Positions 38,615 to 49,480 of a stretch of 64,000 bases of DNA are shown piece by piece. A program made the position numbers and the translations under genes. The notes under the pieces are model-generated. The model was given only the letters and a program-made list of their open reading frames with translations, was not told where the DNA came from and did no database searches. The stretch is taken from positions 768,001 through 832,000 of the forward strand of contig CAVWFS010000018.1 of assembly GCA_963754315.1 (NCBI GenBank), written 5' to 3'. Every line of letters begins with the position of its first letter. Within the stretch, counting starts at the first letter, position 1. The DNA is from an uncultured Candidatus Rokubacteria bacterium. Its GTDB lineage: Bacteria; Methylomirabilota; Methylomirabilia; Rokubacteriales; CSP1-6.

Positions 38615-38660
38615 TTCCGCACAGCGTTATCCACGGGACCCTCACAGACTCGGTGGAAAA
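38615..38660. promoter_or_regulatory. Cluster of DnaA-box-like 9-mers upstream of rlmN
   Basis: TTATCCACG (38627-35) and TTTTCCACC (minus strand, 38652-60), plus a weaker TTCCGCACA (38615-23). Confidence 0.45.
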
Positions 38661-38693
38661 GAGGGACCGAGACCTCGTGCTATTCTGAGGTTC

Positions 38694-39728
38694 GTGTCCG
38701 CCGTGAATCTGCTCGGTCTTCTGCCCGCAGAACTGGAAAGCTTGGCCGTCGAGCTGGATCATTCGCGGTATCGCGGTCGGCAACTCGCAACGTGGATGTA
38801 TCGCAAGGGTATCGTCGAACTGGCGGCTATGAGCGATCTCCCGAAGGAGTTTCGGGTCGCCCTCCTCGAACGCGCCACCATCTGCGTGCCACGCCTCGAG
38901 CGCCTGACACCCTCGCAGGACGGCAGTGAGAAGCTGGTTCTTCGGCTCGGTGACGACGCGCTGATCAGCGCTGTGCTGATGCCTGATGGGGACCGCCTCA
39001 CGCTCTGCCTCTCCACCCAGGTGGGGTGCGGATTTGGCTGCGCGTTTTGCCTGACGGGGAAGATGGGCGTCGAACGCAACCTGACGTCCGCAGAGATCCT
39101 CGGGCAGGTTCTCGTTGCGAACGGGCTGGTGCCGGGCACCCGTGTCACCCACATGGTGTTCATGGGAATGGGCGAGCCGCTGGCGAACCTGACGGGGGTG
39201 GTCAAAGCGATCCGCATCCTCACCGACGCTCGACTCGGCTTCGGCTATTCTCCGCGACGTATCACCGTCTCGACTGTCGGCCTGGTGGGGGGGATCGAGA
39301 AGCTCGGGCGCGAAGCCCTGGGGGTCAACCTGGCCATTTCTCTGCACGCGGCGAGTGACGACGTCCGGTCGCGGCTCATGCCCGTGAACCGGTCCTGGAA
39401 CCTCGAGGCGTTGCTGGCCGCTGTGCGCAGCTACCCGCTGGCTCCCAGGCAGCGGGTTTTCTTCGAGTATGTCCTCCTCGACGGCATTAACGACGCACTT
39501 CAGGACGCGAGCGCGCTGGCCCGGCTCCTGCGCGGTATTCCCGCCAAGGTGAATCTGATCCCCTTCAATGACTGGGCGGGTTCAGGGTTCCGGCGGCCAC
39601 CGTTACCCCGAATCCTCGCGTTCCAGTCCCTTCTCCTGAAGGCGGGAATAACCACCACCGTGCGGTGGAGCAAGGGTGAGGACATCGGGGCAGCGTGCGG
39701 GCAGCTCCACGAGGCGGTCGTCGCCTGA
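38694..39728 (+). CDS. rlmN: 23S rRNA/tRNA adenine C2-methyltransferase
   Basis: STQVGCGFGCAFC, FMGMGEPL, ISLHA, NLIPFN, AACGQL. Confidence 0.96.
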   Translation: MSAVNLLGLLPAELESLAVELDHSRYRGRQLATWMYRKGIVELAAMSDLPKEFRVALLERATICVPRLERLTPSQDGSEKLVLRLGDDALISAVLMPDGDRLTLCLSTQVGCGFGCAFCLTGKMGVERNLTSAEILGQVLVANGLVPGTRVTHMVFMGMGEPLANLTGVVKAIRILTDARLGFGYSPRRITVSTVGLVGGIEKLGREALGVNLAISLHAASDDVRSRLMPVNRSWNLEALLAAVRSYPLAPRQRVFFEYVLLDGINDALQDASALARLLRGIPAKVNLIPFNDWAGSGFRRPPLPRILAFQSLLLKAGITTTVRWSKGEDIGAACGQLHEAVVA

Positions 39729-41032
39729 TGCCGACCGTGGCCTTCGCCACGCTCGGTTGCCGCTTGAACCAGGCAGACACCCAGGGGCTGCAGGGTGCGC
39801 TCGAAGCGCGCGGGTACCGGCTGGCCCACGGCGATGAGGCGCCCGACGTCGTGGTCGTGAACACGTGCACGGTCACGGTCCGGGCAGAGGCCTCCGATCG
39901 GCAGACGATCCGGCGATTCGCCCGCGCCTACCCGTCCGCCCGCCTGGTCGTGACAGGATGCTGGGCGCAGACGGACCCCGACACGGTGGCCCGCCTGCCT
40001 GGTGTCGATCTGGTCGTCGGTAACGGTGAGAAGTATCGCCTGCCCGACTTGCTCGATGAATCTCTCTCGAGCGCAGTCGCGGGAGGAGTGCACGTGAGCG
40101 ACGTGTCTCTCAGCCGCACGATCCCGTTGATGCCGCTCGGCTCGGTGGCGGGCCGCTCTCGGGCCTTCCTGAAGGTTCAGGAAGGTTGCCAGCATCGGTG
40201 TGCATTCTGCATCGTCCCGCGGGCTCGGGGTGCCAGCCGCAGCCAGGACCCGGCGGTAGTGCTCGATCAGATCCGGTTTCTTGCAGAAAGAGGGCATCGT
40301 GAGGTCACCCTGACCGGTGTCGATCTCGGGAGCTATGGGGCCGATCTGACGCCACGGATGTCACTCGTGGCACTGCTCCGGAAGATCGTCGACGTTCGTG
40401 GCCTCAGGTGGGTCCGGCTCTCGTCGCTCCTTCCGGCCTACTTCACACGAGAGTTACTCGACTTGATCGCTGCTTGTCCGGTCATCGCGCCACACCTGCA
40501 CGTTCCGCTGCAAAGCGGGAGCGATAGGATACTGCGCCAGATGCGGCGACCATACACGACTGCCATGTACCAGCGTCTCATTGAGCGGCTGATCGAGGTA
40601 CGCCCGGCCCTCGGACTCGGTGCCGACGTGATGGTCGGACACCCGATGGAAACCGAGGCCGAATTTGCAGAAACCATGGCATTCGTCGACATGCTGCCCT
40701 TTTCGTATCTCCACGTGTTTCCCTACTCGGACCGGAAGGGTACGGAGGCGGCCTCCATGGCCGGCCATGTCGACCGTGTCAGCATTTCGTCTCGTAGCCG
40801 GACCCTTCGTCAGCTGGCGTCCCGGAAGAACCGGGCCTTCCGCGCCGCCCTCGTCGGGTCCGAGCAGGAGGTCCTCGTTCTGGAGACGCGCGACCCGATG
40901 GGCCGCCTGGTCGGGTTGACCGGTAACTACGTGGAGGTGACCTTCGATGGACCGGACGGGCTGATGCGAAGTTTGCAGGCGGTGAGAGTCACGGAAGTAG
41001 GGACCGACGAGACCCGGGGGGAGCTGGTGTGA
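39728..41032 (+). CDS. mtaB: tRNA t6A37 methylthiotransferase
   Basis: TLGCRLN, NTCTVT, GCQHRCAFC, HVFPYS, TGNY, TRAM-like C-terminus. Confidence 0.9.
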   Translation: MPTVAFATLGCRLNQADTQGLQGALEARGYRLAHGDEAPDVVVVNTCTVTVRAEASDRQTIRRFARAYPSARLVVTGCWAQTDPDTVARLPGVDLVVGNGEKYRLPDLLDESLSSAVAGGVHVSDVSLSRTIPLMPLGSVAGRSRAFLKVQEGCQHRCAFCIVPRARGASRSQDPAVVLDQIRFLAERGHREVTLTGVDLGSYGADLTPRMSLVALLRKIVDVRGLRWVRLSSLLPAYFTRELLDLIAACPVIAPHLHVPLQSGSDRILRQMRRPYTTAMYQRLIERLIEVRPALGLGADVMVGHPMETEAEFAETMAFVDMLPFSYLHVFPYSDRKGTEAASMAGHVDRVSISSRSRTLRQLASRKNRAFRAALVGSEQEVLVLETRDPMGRLVGLTGNYVEVTFDGPDGLMRSLQAVRVTEVGTDETRGELV

Positions 41033-41983
41033 CTGCTCCTGGGGGAGCGATCGGCATCGTTGGCGGCAGCGGCTTGTACGAGCTGCCAGGACTCACCGAC
41101 GTCCGCTGGCGCCGGGTCAGGACCCCTTTCGGAGAACCCTCCGACGAGTACTGCGTGGGGCGGCTCGGGCACCGGCCCGTGATCTTCCTGCCGCGGCATG
41201 GGCGTGGACATCGATTGCTACCCAGCGAGCTGAACTTCCGCGCCAACGTCTGGGGGCTGAAAGCCCTGGGGGCGGAATGGGTCGTATCGGTGTCCGCAGT
41301 GGGGAGTATGAGGGAGGCGATCCATCCCCTCGATCTGGTGATCCCCGATCAGTTCTTCGATCACACCCGGCGGCGTGTGTCGACGTTTTTCGGCGACGGT
41401 ATTGCCGCGCACGTGGGCATGGCCACGCCAGTATGCCCCGAAGTCGCCGACAGCGCTTGAGAAGGCCGCTCGGCAGACGGGGGCGGCGGTTCACCGCGGG
41501 GGGACGTACATCTGCATCGAGGGGCCACAGTTTTCCACCCAGGGCGAGTCGCGCGTCTATCGGAACTGGGGGGTCGACGTCATCGGCATGACGAACATGC
41601 CGGAAGCCAAGCTGGCCCGGGAGGCGGAGCTATGCTATGCCACCCTTGCCTTGGTTACCGACTACGACGTCTGGCACGATACGCACGCGAGCGTGTCGGT
41701 AGAGGCAGTCGTGCAGAACTTGCTGCACAACGTGGCCACCGCCAAGGACGTGATCCAGCGCGTGGTTCCGATGCTGCCCGCGGCTCGCGGATGTGCGTGT
41801 GCGAGCCTGCTCAAGAACGCCGTGATCACCGATCCCGGCGCGTTTCCGTCCGCCACCCGCCGCCGGCTCGACCTCCTGATCGGCAAGTACTTTCCCCCGG
41901 CGCCGGGCCATCGCCCCCGCCCAGCCCGGTCGGGGATCGCGCGAAAAGGCCCGTCAAGGCCCCCGACCCGGCGTCGTGGCTGA
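41029..41983 (+). CDS. mtnP: 5'-methylthioadenosine phosphorylase (+1 frameshift near 41452, probably a sequence error)
   Basis: GGSGLY, PRHGRGH, SAVGS in the first frame; EGPQFST, GMTNMPEAKLAREA, TDYD in the next. Removing A41452 restores VADALEKAA. Confidence 0.9.
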
Positions 41984-42893
41984 TCTTCTGGTGGTGGGCT
42001 CGGTCGCCCTCGATTCTGTGGCGACTCCATTCGGGAAAGTCGACGAGGCGCTGGGAGGGTCCGCCACGTACTTTTCCTATGCGGCGAGCTTTTTCACGAC
42101 GGTGCGATTGGTCGCTACGGTTGGTGCCGACTTTCCCGAAACCCATGTGCGCCTGCTAGCGGAGCGGGGTGTGGACGTGGCCGGGCTTCAGATGACCCCA
42201 GGCGGCCGCACCTTTCGCTGGGTGGGCGAGTATGGTTACGACCTGAACGAAGCCCGGACCCTCGACACCCAGCTCAACGTCCTCGCCAGCTTCCGCCCGG
42301 ACTTACCGCCTGCCCTGCGTCAGATCCCCTATCTCTTCCTGGCAAACATCGATCCGGAGCTGCAGCTCGACGTGCTGCGTCAGATGAGCGCTCGACCGCG
42401 ACTCGTCGCGCTCGACACGATGAACTTCTGGATAACGAGCAAACGCGCCGCACTGCTGCAAGTTCTGCGCGAGGTTGACGTTATCACCATCAACGACGCC
42501 GAGGCCCGCCAGTTGGCCGGGGAGCCCAATCTGGTCCGCGCCGCCCGGGCCATCGCCGCGCTGGGGCCCCGGGTAGTGGTCGTGAAGCGTGGAGAGTACG
42601 GTGCCCTCATGCTGGCCAGCGACACATTCTTCGTTGTCCCCGCCTATCCCCTGGAATCCGTCTTCGACCCCACTGGAGCGGGGGATACCTTCGCGGGTGG
42701 ATTTATGGGATACCTGGCGTCCCGCGAGGTGACCGACCGCGCAAGCATGCGGCGGGCCATTGTGCATGGCTCGGTCATGGCCTCCTTCACGGTGGAGGAC
42801 TTCTCTCTCAACCGTCTCAGCCGCCTGACACGCGCGGAGATCGAGGCCCGAGTCGCCGCCTTCCACGACCTTATGAGGGTCGAGAATCCCTGA
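41976..42893 (+). CDS. PfkB-family sugar/nucleoside kinase
   Basis: GGSATY, DTMNFWI, KRGEYG, DPTGAGDTFAGG. Confidence 0.92.
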   Translation: MADLLVVGSVALDSVATPFGKVDEALGGSATYFSYAASFFTTVRLVATVGADFPETHVRLLAERGVDVAGLQMTPGGRTFRWVGEYGYDLNEARTLDTQLNVLASFRPDLPPALRQIPYLFLANIDPELQLDVLRQMSARPRLVALDTMNFWITSKRAALLQVLREVDVITINDAEARQLAGEPNLVRAARAIAALGPRVVVVKRGEYGALMLASDTFFVVPAYPLESVFDPTGAGDTFAGGFMGYLASREVTDRASMRRAIVHGSVMASFTVEDFSLNRLSRLTRAEIEARVAAFHDLMRVENP

Positions 42894-42905
42894 TCGCGAA
42901 GGCCG

Positions 42906-42934
42906 TTGACACACGTGGGGCGGAGGCTTACCCT
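42906..42934 (+). promoter_or_regulatory. Sigma-70-type promoter of coxSLM
   Basis: TTGACA-N17-TACCCT. Confidence 0.6.
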
Positions 42935-42995
42935 CTCTGACGCCACGACCGTTTCCGAGTGCCGAAAACCGTCGCACGAGTCTGGAGGACGAGCC

Positions 42996-43469
42996 GTGAA
43001 ACTGCCAGTCAAGATGACCATCAACGGTCAGAGTTACAGCCACGAGGTCGAGCCACGACTGCTGCTGGTCCACTACATCCGCGAGGTCGTCGGGCTCACC
43101 GGAACCCATGTCGGGTGCGACACCAGCCAGTGCGGCGCCTGCACGATCGAGATGAACGGGCAGGCCGTCAAGGCCTGCAACCTATTCGCCGTCCAGGCCG
43201 ACGGTGCCACCATCATGACCATCGAAGGCCTGGCCAAGAACGGCGAACTGCACCCGATCCAGTTGGGTTTCTGGGAGAAGCACGGGCTGCAGTGCGGCTT
43301 CTGCACACCGGGGATGATCATGGCAGCCAAGCAGCTACTGGAACGCTATCCGAAACCTACCGAGCAGCAGATCCGGCATCAGCTCGAAGGCAACCTGTGC
43401 CGCTGCACCGGCTACCACAACATCGTGAAGGCCATCGAGTGGGCGGCCGAGCACATGGCCGCGAAGTAG
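42996..43469 (+). CDS. coxS: CO dehydrogenase/xanthine dehydrogenase-family small (2Fe-2S) subunit
   Basis: [29 protein letters not shown] start after GGAGG. Confidence 0.92.
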   Translation: MKLPVKMTINGQSYSHEVEPRLLLVHYIREVVGLTGTHVGCDTSQCGACTIEMNGQAVKACNLFAVQADGATIMTIEGLAKNGELHPIQLGFWEKHGLQCGFCTPGMIMAAKQLLERYPKPTEQQIRHQLEGNLCRCTGYHNIVKAIEWAAEHMAAK

Positions 43470-43478
43470 GGGGACGTC

Positions 43479-45870
43479 ATGGCGACGGCGTCAGTCTACG
43501 GGCAATCCATCAAGCGCCGCGAGGATCCGCGATTCATCACCGGTCGCGGTCGGTACGTCGACGACATCAAGCTGCCCGGGATGACCTATGCGGCGTTCGT
43601 ACGCAGCCCGCACGCGCACGCCCGGATCCGGGGCATCGACACTTCGAAGGCCAAGGCGCATCCGGGGGTGGTGGCCGTCTTTGTCGGCAAAGACATGGTC
43701 GGGGTCAACTCTCTTCCCTGCGGGTGGGATCTCAACAAGGGTAAGAACATCCCAGGAGTCGTCCAGGACCTCAGCATGCCCCCCCACATGCCCCTCGCCT
43801 CCGACGAGGCACGCCATGTGGGCGATCCTGTGGCGGTGGTGATCGCAGACAGCCAGGCGGCGGCCCTCGACGGGGCCGAGAAGGTGGTGGTGGACTGGGA
43901 GCCGTTGGGGGCGGTCACCAGCACAGAGCGGGCGCACCAGCCTGGTCAATCCCTTGTCCACGCGTCCGTGTCCGGCAACGCGGCCTTCAAGTGGGAGATC
44001 GGTGACCGCGCTGCCACCGACGCCGCGTTCAGGTCGGCAGCCGTCGTGGTCAAGAAGCGGATCGTCAACCAGCGTCTTGTCGCGAATGCTATGGAGCCCC
44101 GAGCTTGCGTGGCGCGCTTCGACGAGGCTACCGACGAGCTCACCTTATGGGTGACGTCGCAGAATCCCCACGTCCATCGCCTGCTCATGGCGGCGTTCGT
44201 TCTGGGGATTCCCGAGCACAAGATGCGGGTGATCGCGCCCGACGTCGGCGGCGGCTTTGGCTCGAAGATCTTTGTCTACAACGAAGAGGTGGTGATCTCG
44301 TGGGCCGCCCGCCAGATCAAGCGACCGGTCCGGTGGACAGCCACTCGGCGAGAGGCTTACCTGACCGACGCCCAGGGCCGTGACCACGTGACGGACGCCG
44401 AGATCGGCATGTCCCGGGACGGCAAGATCCTCAGTCTGCGCGTGAAGACCACGGCGAACCTGGGCGCGTACCTCTCGACCTTCGCCCCCGCCGTGCCCAC
44501 GTTCCTCTACGGCACCTTGCTGAACGGTGTGTACGCCATCGGCGCCATCCACTGTGAGGTCACAGGCGTCTTCACCAATACAACGCCGGTCGACGCCTAT
44601 CGTGGAGCCGGGCGGCCCGAGGCGGCCTACGTGGTCGAGCGGATGGTGGAGGCAGGGGCGGCTGCCATCAAGATGGACGTCGCCGAAGTCCGACGGAAGA
44701 ACTTTATCCCCAAGTTCTCGGGGGCCTTCCAGACCCTGGTGGCGGTGTCCTACGACAGCGGCGACTACGCCGCCGCCTTCGACAAGCTCCTGCAGATCTT
44801 CGACTACCGGAAGTTCCGGGCTGAGCAGGCGGAGGCCCGCAAGCAGGGGCGTCTGCTCGGCGTCGGTTTCTCCGCCTACATCGAGGCGTGCTCCATCGCG
44901 CCCTCCAAGGTGGTCGGTGCGCTCGGCGCCGGCGCCGGCCTGTACGAGTCGGGTGTGGTTCGTGTCCATCCCACCGGAAAGGTGAGCGTGTTCACCGGCT
45001 CCCACTCCCACGGACAGGGACACGAGACGACCTTCGCCCAGCTCGTGGCAAGCGAGCTCGGGGTGGCCATGGACGACGTCGACATCATCCACGGCGACAC
45101 GGGCGCCATCGCTTTCGGGATGGGGACCTACGGGAGCCGTTCCGCCTCGGTGGGAGGCACGGCCATTCTCATGTCGCTCAACAAGGTGAAAGAGAAGGGC
45201 AAGAAGATCGCGGCTCACCTGCTCGAAGCCTCCCCGGCCGACATCGAGTTCTCGGGTGGCCAGTTCTCGGTAAAGGGCGTGCCCGGCAAGTCGATCGGGT
45301 TTGCGCAGGTGGCGCTGACCGCCTATGTGCCCCACAACTATCCGGAGGGACTCGAGCCGGGTCTCGAAGAGACCAGTTTCTACGATCCCTCGAACTTCTG
45401 CTTCCCCTTCGGGGCGCACGCGTGCGTGGTAGAGGTCGAACCGGAAACGGGGCGCGTCAACATTCTGCGCTACGTCGCCGTGGATGACGTAGGCAACGTC
45501 ATCAATCCCATGATCGTTGACGGGATGGTGCACGGCGGCATCGCCCAGGGCGTCGGCCAGGCGCTCTGGGAGGGCGCGCGCTACGACGAAGAGTCGGGTC
45601 AGCTCGTGACCGGAAGCATGATGGACTACGCGATGCCCAAGGCGGATCAGCTGCCGTTCTACGAAACGGCGACGGACAGTGACGCCGACACCCGTCAACC
45701 CACTGGGTATCAAAGGTGCGGGCGAAACGGGCACGATTGCCTCGACCCCAGCCGTCGTCAACGCGGTCGTCGACGCCCTGTCCGGAATGGGGGTCGACCA
45801 CATCGAGGCCATGCCCCTCACTCCCGAGCGGGTGTGGAAGACCATTCAGGCCGCCAAGGCCGGTCGATAG
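43479..45870 (+). CDS. coxL: Form II CoxL-like molybdopterin large subunit (+1 frameshift near 45672, probably a sequence error)
   Basis: [24 protein letters not shown] (form II signature), HGQGHET. Removing A45672 restores [18 protein letters not shown] and the stop at 45870. Confidence 0.9.
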
Positions 45871-45879
45871 GAGCCAAGC

Positions 45880-46749
45880 ATGTACCCAGCCGCCTTCGAG
45901 TATCACGCCCCCACCAGCGTCCAGGATGCCCTTGGCCTTTTGACCCGCCTCAAGGACGACGCGAAGCTTCTGGCCGGAGGGCACAGCCTCATCCCGATGA
46001 TGAAGCTACGATTGGCTCAGCCGAAGCACCTCATCGATCTGCGCAAGGTTCCGGGGCTCGGGGGTGTCAAGGAGGAGTCAGGCGCACTTGCCATCGGGGC
46101 GATGACCACCCACTACCAAGTTGAATCCTCGGCCTTGGTGAAGTCCAAGATTCCGGTTCTGGCCGAGGTGGGGGGAATCATCGGCGACCCGGCAGTGAGA
46201 AATCTTGGCACGGTTGGAGGCTCCCTGGCCCACGCCGATCCTGCTGCGGACTGGCCCGCGGCCGTGATCGCCCTCGGGGCCGAGTTCGTGTGCGAGGGCC
46301 CGAAAGGTCGGCGTACGGTCAAGGTCGACGACTGGTTCCAGGGTTTGATGTCTACCGCCGTCCGCGAGGACGAGATTCTCGTCCAGATTCGCGTGCCCAT
46401 CTGGCCGGCCGGAAGCGGTGCCGCTTACATGAAGTTCCCGCATCCTGCCTCGCGCTTCGCGGTGGTCGGTGCCGCTGCTGCCTTGACCTTGGACGCCAAG
46501 GGGGCGTGCACGAAGGCAGGGGTGGGGATGACCGGCGCCGGTACCAAGGCCGTGCGGGCAAAGGGCGTGGAGGCCGGTCTCACGGGCAAGGTTCTCGATG
46601 CCGCCGTCATCGAGGCGGCTGCGCAGAAGGCGGCCGAGGGGGTGGACGTTCAGGCAGACCTGCAGGGCTCGGTCGAGTACAAGTCGCATCTCTGCCGGGT
46701 CTTCGCCCGGCGGGCGATCGAGGCCGCCGTAAAGCGCGCCAAAGGGTAG
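45880..46749 (+). CDS. coxM: FAD-binding medium subunit
   Basis: LAGGHSLIPMMKLR, VRNLGTVGGSLAHADPAAD. Confidence 0.92.
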   Translation: MYPAAFEYHAPTSVQDALGLLTRLKDDAKLLAGGHSLIPMMKLRLAQPKHLIDLRKVPGLGGVKEESGALAIGAMTTHYQVESSALVKSKIPVLAEVGGIIGDPAVRNLGTVGGSLAHADPAADWPAAVIALGAEFVCEGPKGRRTVKVDDWFQGLMSTAVREDEILVQIRVPIWPAGSGAAYMKFPHPASRFAVVGAAAALTLDAKGACTKAGVGMTGAGTKAVRAKGVEAGLTGKVLDAAVIEAAAQKAAEGVDVQADLQGSVEYKSHLCRVFARRAIEAAVKRAKG

Positions 46750-46816
46750 TCACCAGGGCTGCATGCACGCCGATCTCGGAGTCTAGGGCTGGCCTCGGGC
46801 CCCTGCGCGTCCAGAC

Positions 46817-47386
46817 TTGGTAGGCGCTGTCGTTCTCGCTGCGGGCCTTGCGCGGCGCATGGGTCGCCAGAAGCTGCTACTTCCCCTCCGCGGGAAGCCC
46901 GTCGTCCGCTGGAGCGTCGACGCGATTCTTCCCCACGCGGATGAGGTCCTGGTGGTGACTGGTCACGAGGCGGCTGACGTCCAGGCGGCTCTCGCAGGTT
47001 TGCCCGTGAGGTTCATCCATAACCCCCACCCGGAGGCTGGCCAGGGGAGTTCTATTGCGGTCGGGGTGGCTGCATTGGCGCAGACGACCGACGCCGTCCT
47101 GATCGCTCTTGGCGACCAGCCCCGGCTACCCGACGGCGTGATTCCGGCACTTCTGGAGGCTTTCCGTCGCGGCGACGCGGCGATCGTGACCCCTATCTAT
47201 CGAGGAATCCAGGGCACCCCGGTTATCTTCGGAGCCGAGGTGTTCCCTGAGCTTCGGGCGCTGACGGGCGACGGCGGGGCGCGGACGGTGGTTCGAGCCA
47301 ATCTGGGGCGAGTCCGCGAGATCCCCTTCGATCTGCCCATGCCCGACGACGTGGATACCCCCGAGGACTACGCACGGCTCATGTAG
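46817..47386 (+). CDS. Molybdenum cofactor cytidylyltransferase (MocA-like)
   Basis: LAAGLARRMGRQKLLL, LGDQP, GDGGAR, DVDTPEDY. Start uncertain. Confidence 0.85.
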   Translation: MVGAVVLAAGLARRMGRQKLLLPLRGKPVVRWSVDAILPHADEVLVVTGHEAADVQAALAGLPVRFIHNPHPEAGQGSSIAVGVAALAQTTDAVLIALGDQPRLPDGVIPALLEAFRRGDAAIVTPIYRGIQGTPVIFGAEVFPELRALTGDGGARTVVRANLGRVREIPFDLPMPDDVDTPEDYARLM

Positions 47387-47397
47387 AATCGAGGACT

Positions 47398-48288
47398 ATG
47401 CGCGACGAGATCAGAAAGATCCAGGAGTTGATGGAGGCGGCCGAGTATGTCACGGACGCCCCGGTAGCAACCTCGGTCCACCTGGCCATGAGCCTCCGGA
47501 AGCCCCTTCTCATCGAGGGACACGCGGGGGTGGGCAAGACGGAAGTGGCGAAGGTCATGGCGCGGATGCTCGGGACCAACCTCATCCGGCTGCAGTGTTA
47601 CGAGGGGCTCGACGCCTCGAGCGCCCTCTACGAGTGGAACTACCAGAAGCAACTCCTCCACATCAAGCTCAACGAGGGGGGGCGGCGTTCCACCGACGAC
47701 ACCGAGCACGAGATCTTCTCGGAGGCGTTTCTCCTCCGACGCCCACTGCTCCAGGCTATCACCCAGCACGAGCGGTCACCGGTGCTGCTGGTCGACGAGG
47801 TCGACCGGGCCGACGAAGAGTTCGAGGCTTTTATGCTAGAGGTGTTCTCGGACTGGCAGGTGACCATCCCCGAGGTGGGTACCATCAAGGCCACCCATCC
47901 TCCTCACGTCATCCTGACTTCGAACCGGACCCGTGAGCTGTCCGATGCCCTTCGCCGCCGCTGTCTATACCTCTGGATCGACTATCCAGGCTTCGACAAG
48001 GAAATCCGCATCGTCGAGCGCAAAGTCCCCGGTATCAACCCCAGGTTGGCCGGTCAGATCGCGCGCTTCATGGAGTCCTTGCGGACCATGCGCCTGGCCA
48101 AGGTTCCTGGGGTGGCCGAGACCCTCGACTGGGCCCAAGCGCTGACGGCGCTCCATGCCGATCATCTTGACGAAGTGGTCGTGGCGGAGACGCTTGGCTG
48201 CGTGCTCAAGGATGCCGACGACATCCGACGCTTCAAGACCGAGGTGTCGAAGAACGGCCTGGCGCCCTTCGTACCTGTGGAACGCTGA
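47398..48288 (+). CDS. MoxR-family AAA ATPase (CoxD-like)
   Basis: GHAGVGKT, RLQCYEGLD, LVDEVDR, ALRRRC. Confidence 0.9.
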   Translation: MRDEIRKIQELMEAAEYVTDAPVATSVHLAMSLRKPLLIEGHAGVGKTEVAKVMARMLGTNLIRLQCYEGLDASSALYEWNYQKQLLHIKLNEGGRRSTDDTEHEIFSEAFLLRRPLLQAITQHERSPVLLVDEVDRADEEFEAFMLEVFSDWQVTIPEVGTIKATHPPHVILTSNRTRELSDALRRRCLYLWIDYPGFDKEIRIVERKVPGINPRLAGQIARFMESLRTMRLAKVPGVAETLDWAQALTALHADHLDEVVVAETLGCVLKDADDIRRFKTEVSKNGLAPFVPVER

Positions 48289-49430
48289 TGGCCCTGCGGC
48301 ACCTCGGCGCGGCCGTGGTGCGCTTCGGGGCCATGCTCCGCCGGCAGGGGCTTCCCGTCACCCTCATCCACGTCACCGATGCGGTGCGCGCGCTCGATCA
48401 CCTCGACCTGGCGGACCGGGGTGAGTTGTATCTCGGCCTGCGCGCAATCTTCGTGGGCCGCCCCGAAGATCTACCTACCTTCGACCGGTCCTTCGAGGCG
48501 TTCTGGCGCTTCCAGAACGAGGACGATCAGGCGCTTCCAGGATTGCTCGACGCGACCCCGTCGATCGAGACCGCCAACGGGTCGACGCCGGAGGGGACGG
48601 CCCGTCAGGAGAGCGCCTCGCTTGATTCCTGGGGCGAGGAAGCCGGGGAGGAGAGCGACGAGCCCCTCGGCGTGCCGGGCGTATCCGATCGCGAGGCGGT
48701 GATGACCCAGGACTTCTCCACCTTCGGCGCGGACCAACTCGAGGAAGTGTTCCGTTTGACCATCCAGATCGCCAAGCGTTTGGCCCGTCGAATCAGCCGC
48801 CGCCGCCGACCGGTGCGCCGCAAGGGCCGGGTCGATCTCCGTCGTACGTTACGCGCGAATCTCACCCGGGGTGACCTCATCGACCTCCGCTTCAGAGCCC
48901 GGCGACGCCGCAAGGTTCGGCTGGTCCTCCTGTGCGATGTTTCGGGGTCCATGGATCTCTACAGTCGCTTCCTTCTTCAGTTCCTCTTCGCCTTGCAGAA
49001 CGTGTTCGGACGGGTGGAGACCTTCACCTTCTCGACGCGACTCACGCGGATCACCGAATACCTCAAGGCGCGCTCGTATCGACAAGTTTTGCGTCGGTTG
49101 ACGGAGGTGCGCGACTGGTCGGGGGGCACGCGGATCGGCGAGTCCCTGGCTCAGTTCAACCGTGAGTGGCCAACCCTGGTGGATCGTCGCACCATCGTGA
49201 TCATCCTGTCCGACGGCTGGGATACCGGCGACCCGGAGCTGCTGGCTGCCGAGCTGCTGCGGATCAAGCGACGGGCCGGCCGGATGATCTGGCTCAACCC
49301 CCTCCTCGGGAACCAGTCGTACGAGCCGCTGACGCGCGGCATGGCGGCCGCGCTGCCCCTCGTGGATCACTTCGCCGCTGCTCACAACCTCGCCTCCCTG
49401 CGGGCGCTGGCAGGGCAACTGGTGTTGTAA
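48288..49430 (+). CDS. VWA-domain CoxE-like protein
   Basis: MIDAS DVSGSM, WSGGTRIG, SDGWD, WLNPL. Confidence 0.9.
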   Translation: MALRHLGAAVVRFGAMLRRQGLPVTLIHVTDAVRALDHLDLADRGELYLGLRAIFVGRPEDLPTFDRSFEAFWRFQNEDDQALPGLLDATPSIETANGSTPEGTARQESASLDSWGEEAGEESDEPLGVPGVSDREAVMTQDFSTFGADQLEEVFRLTIQIAKRLARRISRRRRPVRRKGRVDLRRTLRANLTRGDLIDLRFRARRRRKVRLVLLCDVSGSMDLYSRFLLQFLFALQNVFGRVETFTFSTRLTRITEYLKARSYRQVLRRLTEVRDWSGGTRIGESLAQFNREWPTLVDRRTIVIILSDGWDTGDPELLAAELLRIKRRAGRMIWLNPLLGNQSYEPLTRGMAAALPLVDHFAAAHNLASLRALAGQLVL

Positions 49431-49480
49431 AGCCGGGAGCGTGGTTTCCCCCGGGCCGCGGCCCGGCGTATCATTGAGCC

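Noticed and set aside
41458..41460. TGA in mtnP as a second selenocysteine codon
   Set aside because: Homology continues in the +1 frame rather than in frame, so it is a frameshift product and not at a Cys position.
43479..45870. True (form I) CO dehydrogenase
   Set aside because: The active-site loop is AYRGAGR, not AYxCSFR, and the gene order is S-L-M, so CO oxidation cannot be claimed.
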